From an uncultured archaeon (GTDB lineage Archaea > Micrarchaeota > Micrarchaeia > Micrarchaeales > CABMGC01), in NCBI GenBank assembly GCA_963704435.1, contig OY969902.1:480001-512000 (forward strand): a stretch of 32,000 nucleotides of DNA, given 5' to 3'. The translations under genes were made by a program, and so were the position numbers. The stretch's first letter is position 1. Each line of letters begins with the position of its first letter. Below, one piece after another: positions 31,787 to 32,000 of this stretch. Below the pieces are notes generated by a model. It had not been told where the DNA came from. It did no database searches and was given only the letters and a program-made list of their open reading frames with translations.

Positions 31787-32000
31787 ATAATTCAGATTTC
31801 GCACAATCAATGCAGGAAATTTCAAAAATCAGAGAATATGGCAATTTCCAAACCATAAAAAATAGAATTGGCGAAACGAAATTAAAGAATTCGTTGCTTA
31901 CTCTTTATCCAAAGTATACGATAAAGGAGATAGAATCAATTACGGGTATTGCGGATTCCACTTTAGCGAGATGGTTTAAATATTTCGGCATATTCCCAGA
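31783..32000 (+). CDS. Partial ORF (runs off the right edge) encoding an HTH-containing protein on AT-rich, probably foreign DNA
   Basis: Hand translation: MNNSDFAQSMQEISKIREYGNFQTIKNRIGETKLKNSLLTLYPKYTIKEIESITGIADSTLARWFKYFGIFP.. The HTH-like stretch is TIKEIESITGIADSTLARWFK. Its ATG overlaps the grpE stop (ATGA). Codon usage differs sharply from the rest of the window. Confidence 0.5.
   Translation, partial: MNNSDFAQSMQEISKIREYGNFQTIKNRIGETKLKNSLLTLYPKYTIKEIESITGIADSTLARWFKYFGIFP

Noticed and set aside
1-32000. Search for CRISPR arrays, IS elements with terminal inverted repeats, inteins in the RNA polymerase subunits, and C/D-box sRNAs in intergenic regions.
   Set aside because: I saw no regularly spaced direct repeats and no transposase-like ORF within the window. 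The RNAP subunit lengths are ordinary and their conserved motifs are contiguous. No intergenic region contained paired RTGATGA/CTGA boxes. The only repeat pair found is the 64-bp ferredoxin duplication reported above.

Overview
Archaeal chromosomal window. Evidence for archaeal origin: eS4, eL32 and eL19 ribosomal proteins, RNase P protein Rpp29, Spt5, RNA polymerase with split B''/B' and A'/A'' subunits, a class III (type IV pilin-like) signal peptide protein, and A/T-rich TATA boxes about 25-30 nt upstream of starts, often giving leaderless or near-leaderless genes. The DNA is GC-rich with G/C-ending codons plus AGG/ATA usage, which produces many long spurious alternative-frame ORFs in the track. 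Content from left to right: the 3' end of a PAC2/PbaA-like proteasome chaperone; tRNA-Leu(UAA) and tRNA-Thr(GGU); a DUF155/RMND1-like membrane protein; and a compact [NiFe]-hydrogenase locus (hypC, a HypC-like fusion, a maturation protease, then convergent large and small subunits). Next come a TrpF-like TIM-barrel protein, a small membrane protein, a DUF373 membrane protein, a truncated ribosomal spc-type cluster (rnp1-S17-L14-L24-S4e-L5-S14-S8-L6-L32e-L19e-L18-S5) followed directly by an orphan 5S rRNA, and convergent isoprenoid genes (IDI-2, GGPP synthase). These are followed by spt5-L11, Trm5, a 716-aa pilin-signal surface protein, an AbiEii/AbiEi toxin-antitoxin cassette bracketed by 64-bp direct repeats that duplicate the 3' end of an adjacent ferredoxin gene, rpoH-B''-B'-A'-A'', an Sm-like protein, tRNA-Ala(GGC), a nucleoside 2-deoxyribosyltransferase-like gene, a wHTH regulator and grpE. 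The window ends with an abrupt switch to AT-rich DNA carrying an HTH ORF where dnaK would be expected. Most interesting items: (i) the minimal two-subunit hydrogenase with a single-cluster 162-aa small subunit and odd maturation genes; (ii) the att-like duplication around the TA cassette; (iii) tRNAs with inserts at non-canonical positions (D-loop, T-loop); (iv) the foreign AT-rich segment at the right edge. The fragmented conserved operons and non-canonical tRNA inserts fit a DPANN-like or other reduced archaeal lineage. Taxonomy cannot be determined from this window alone.
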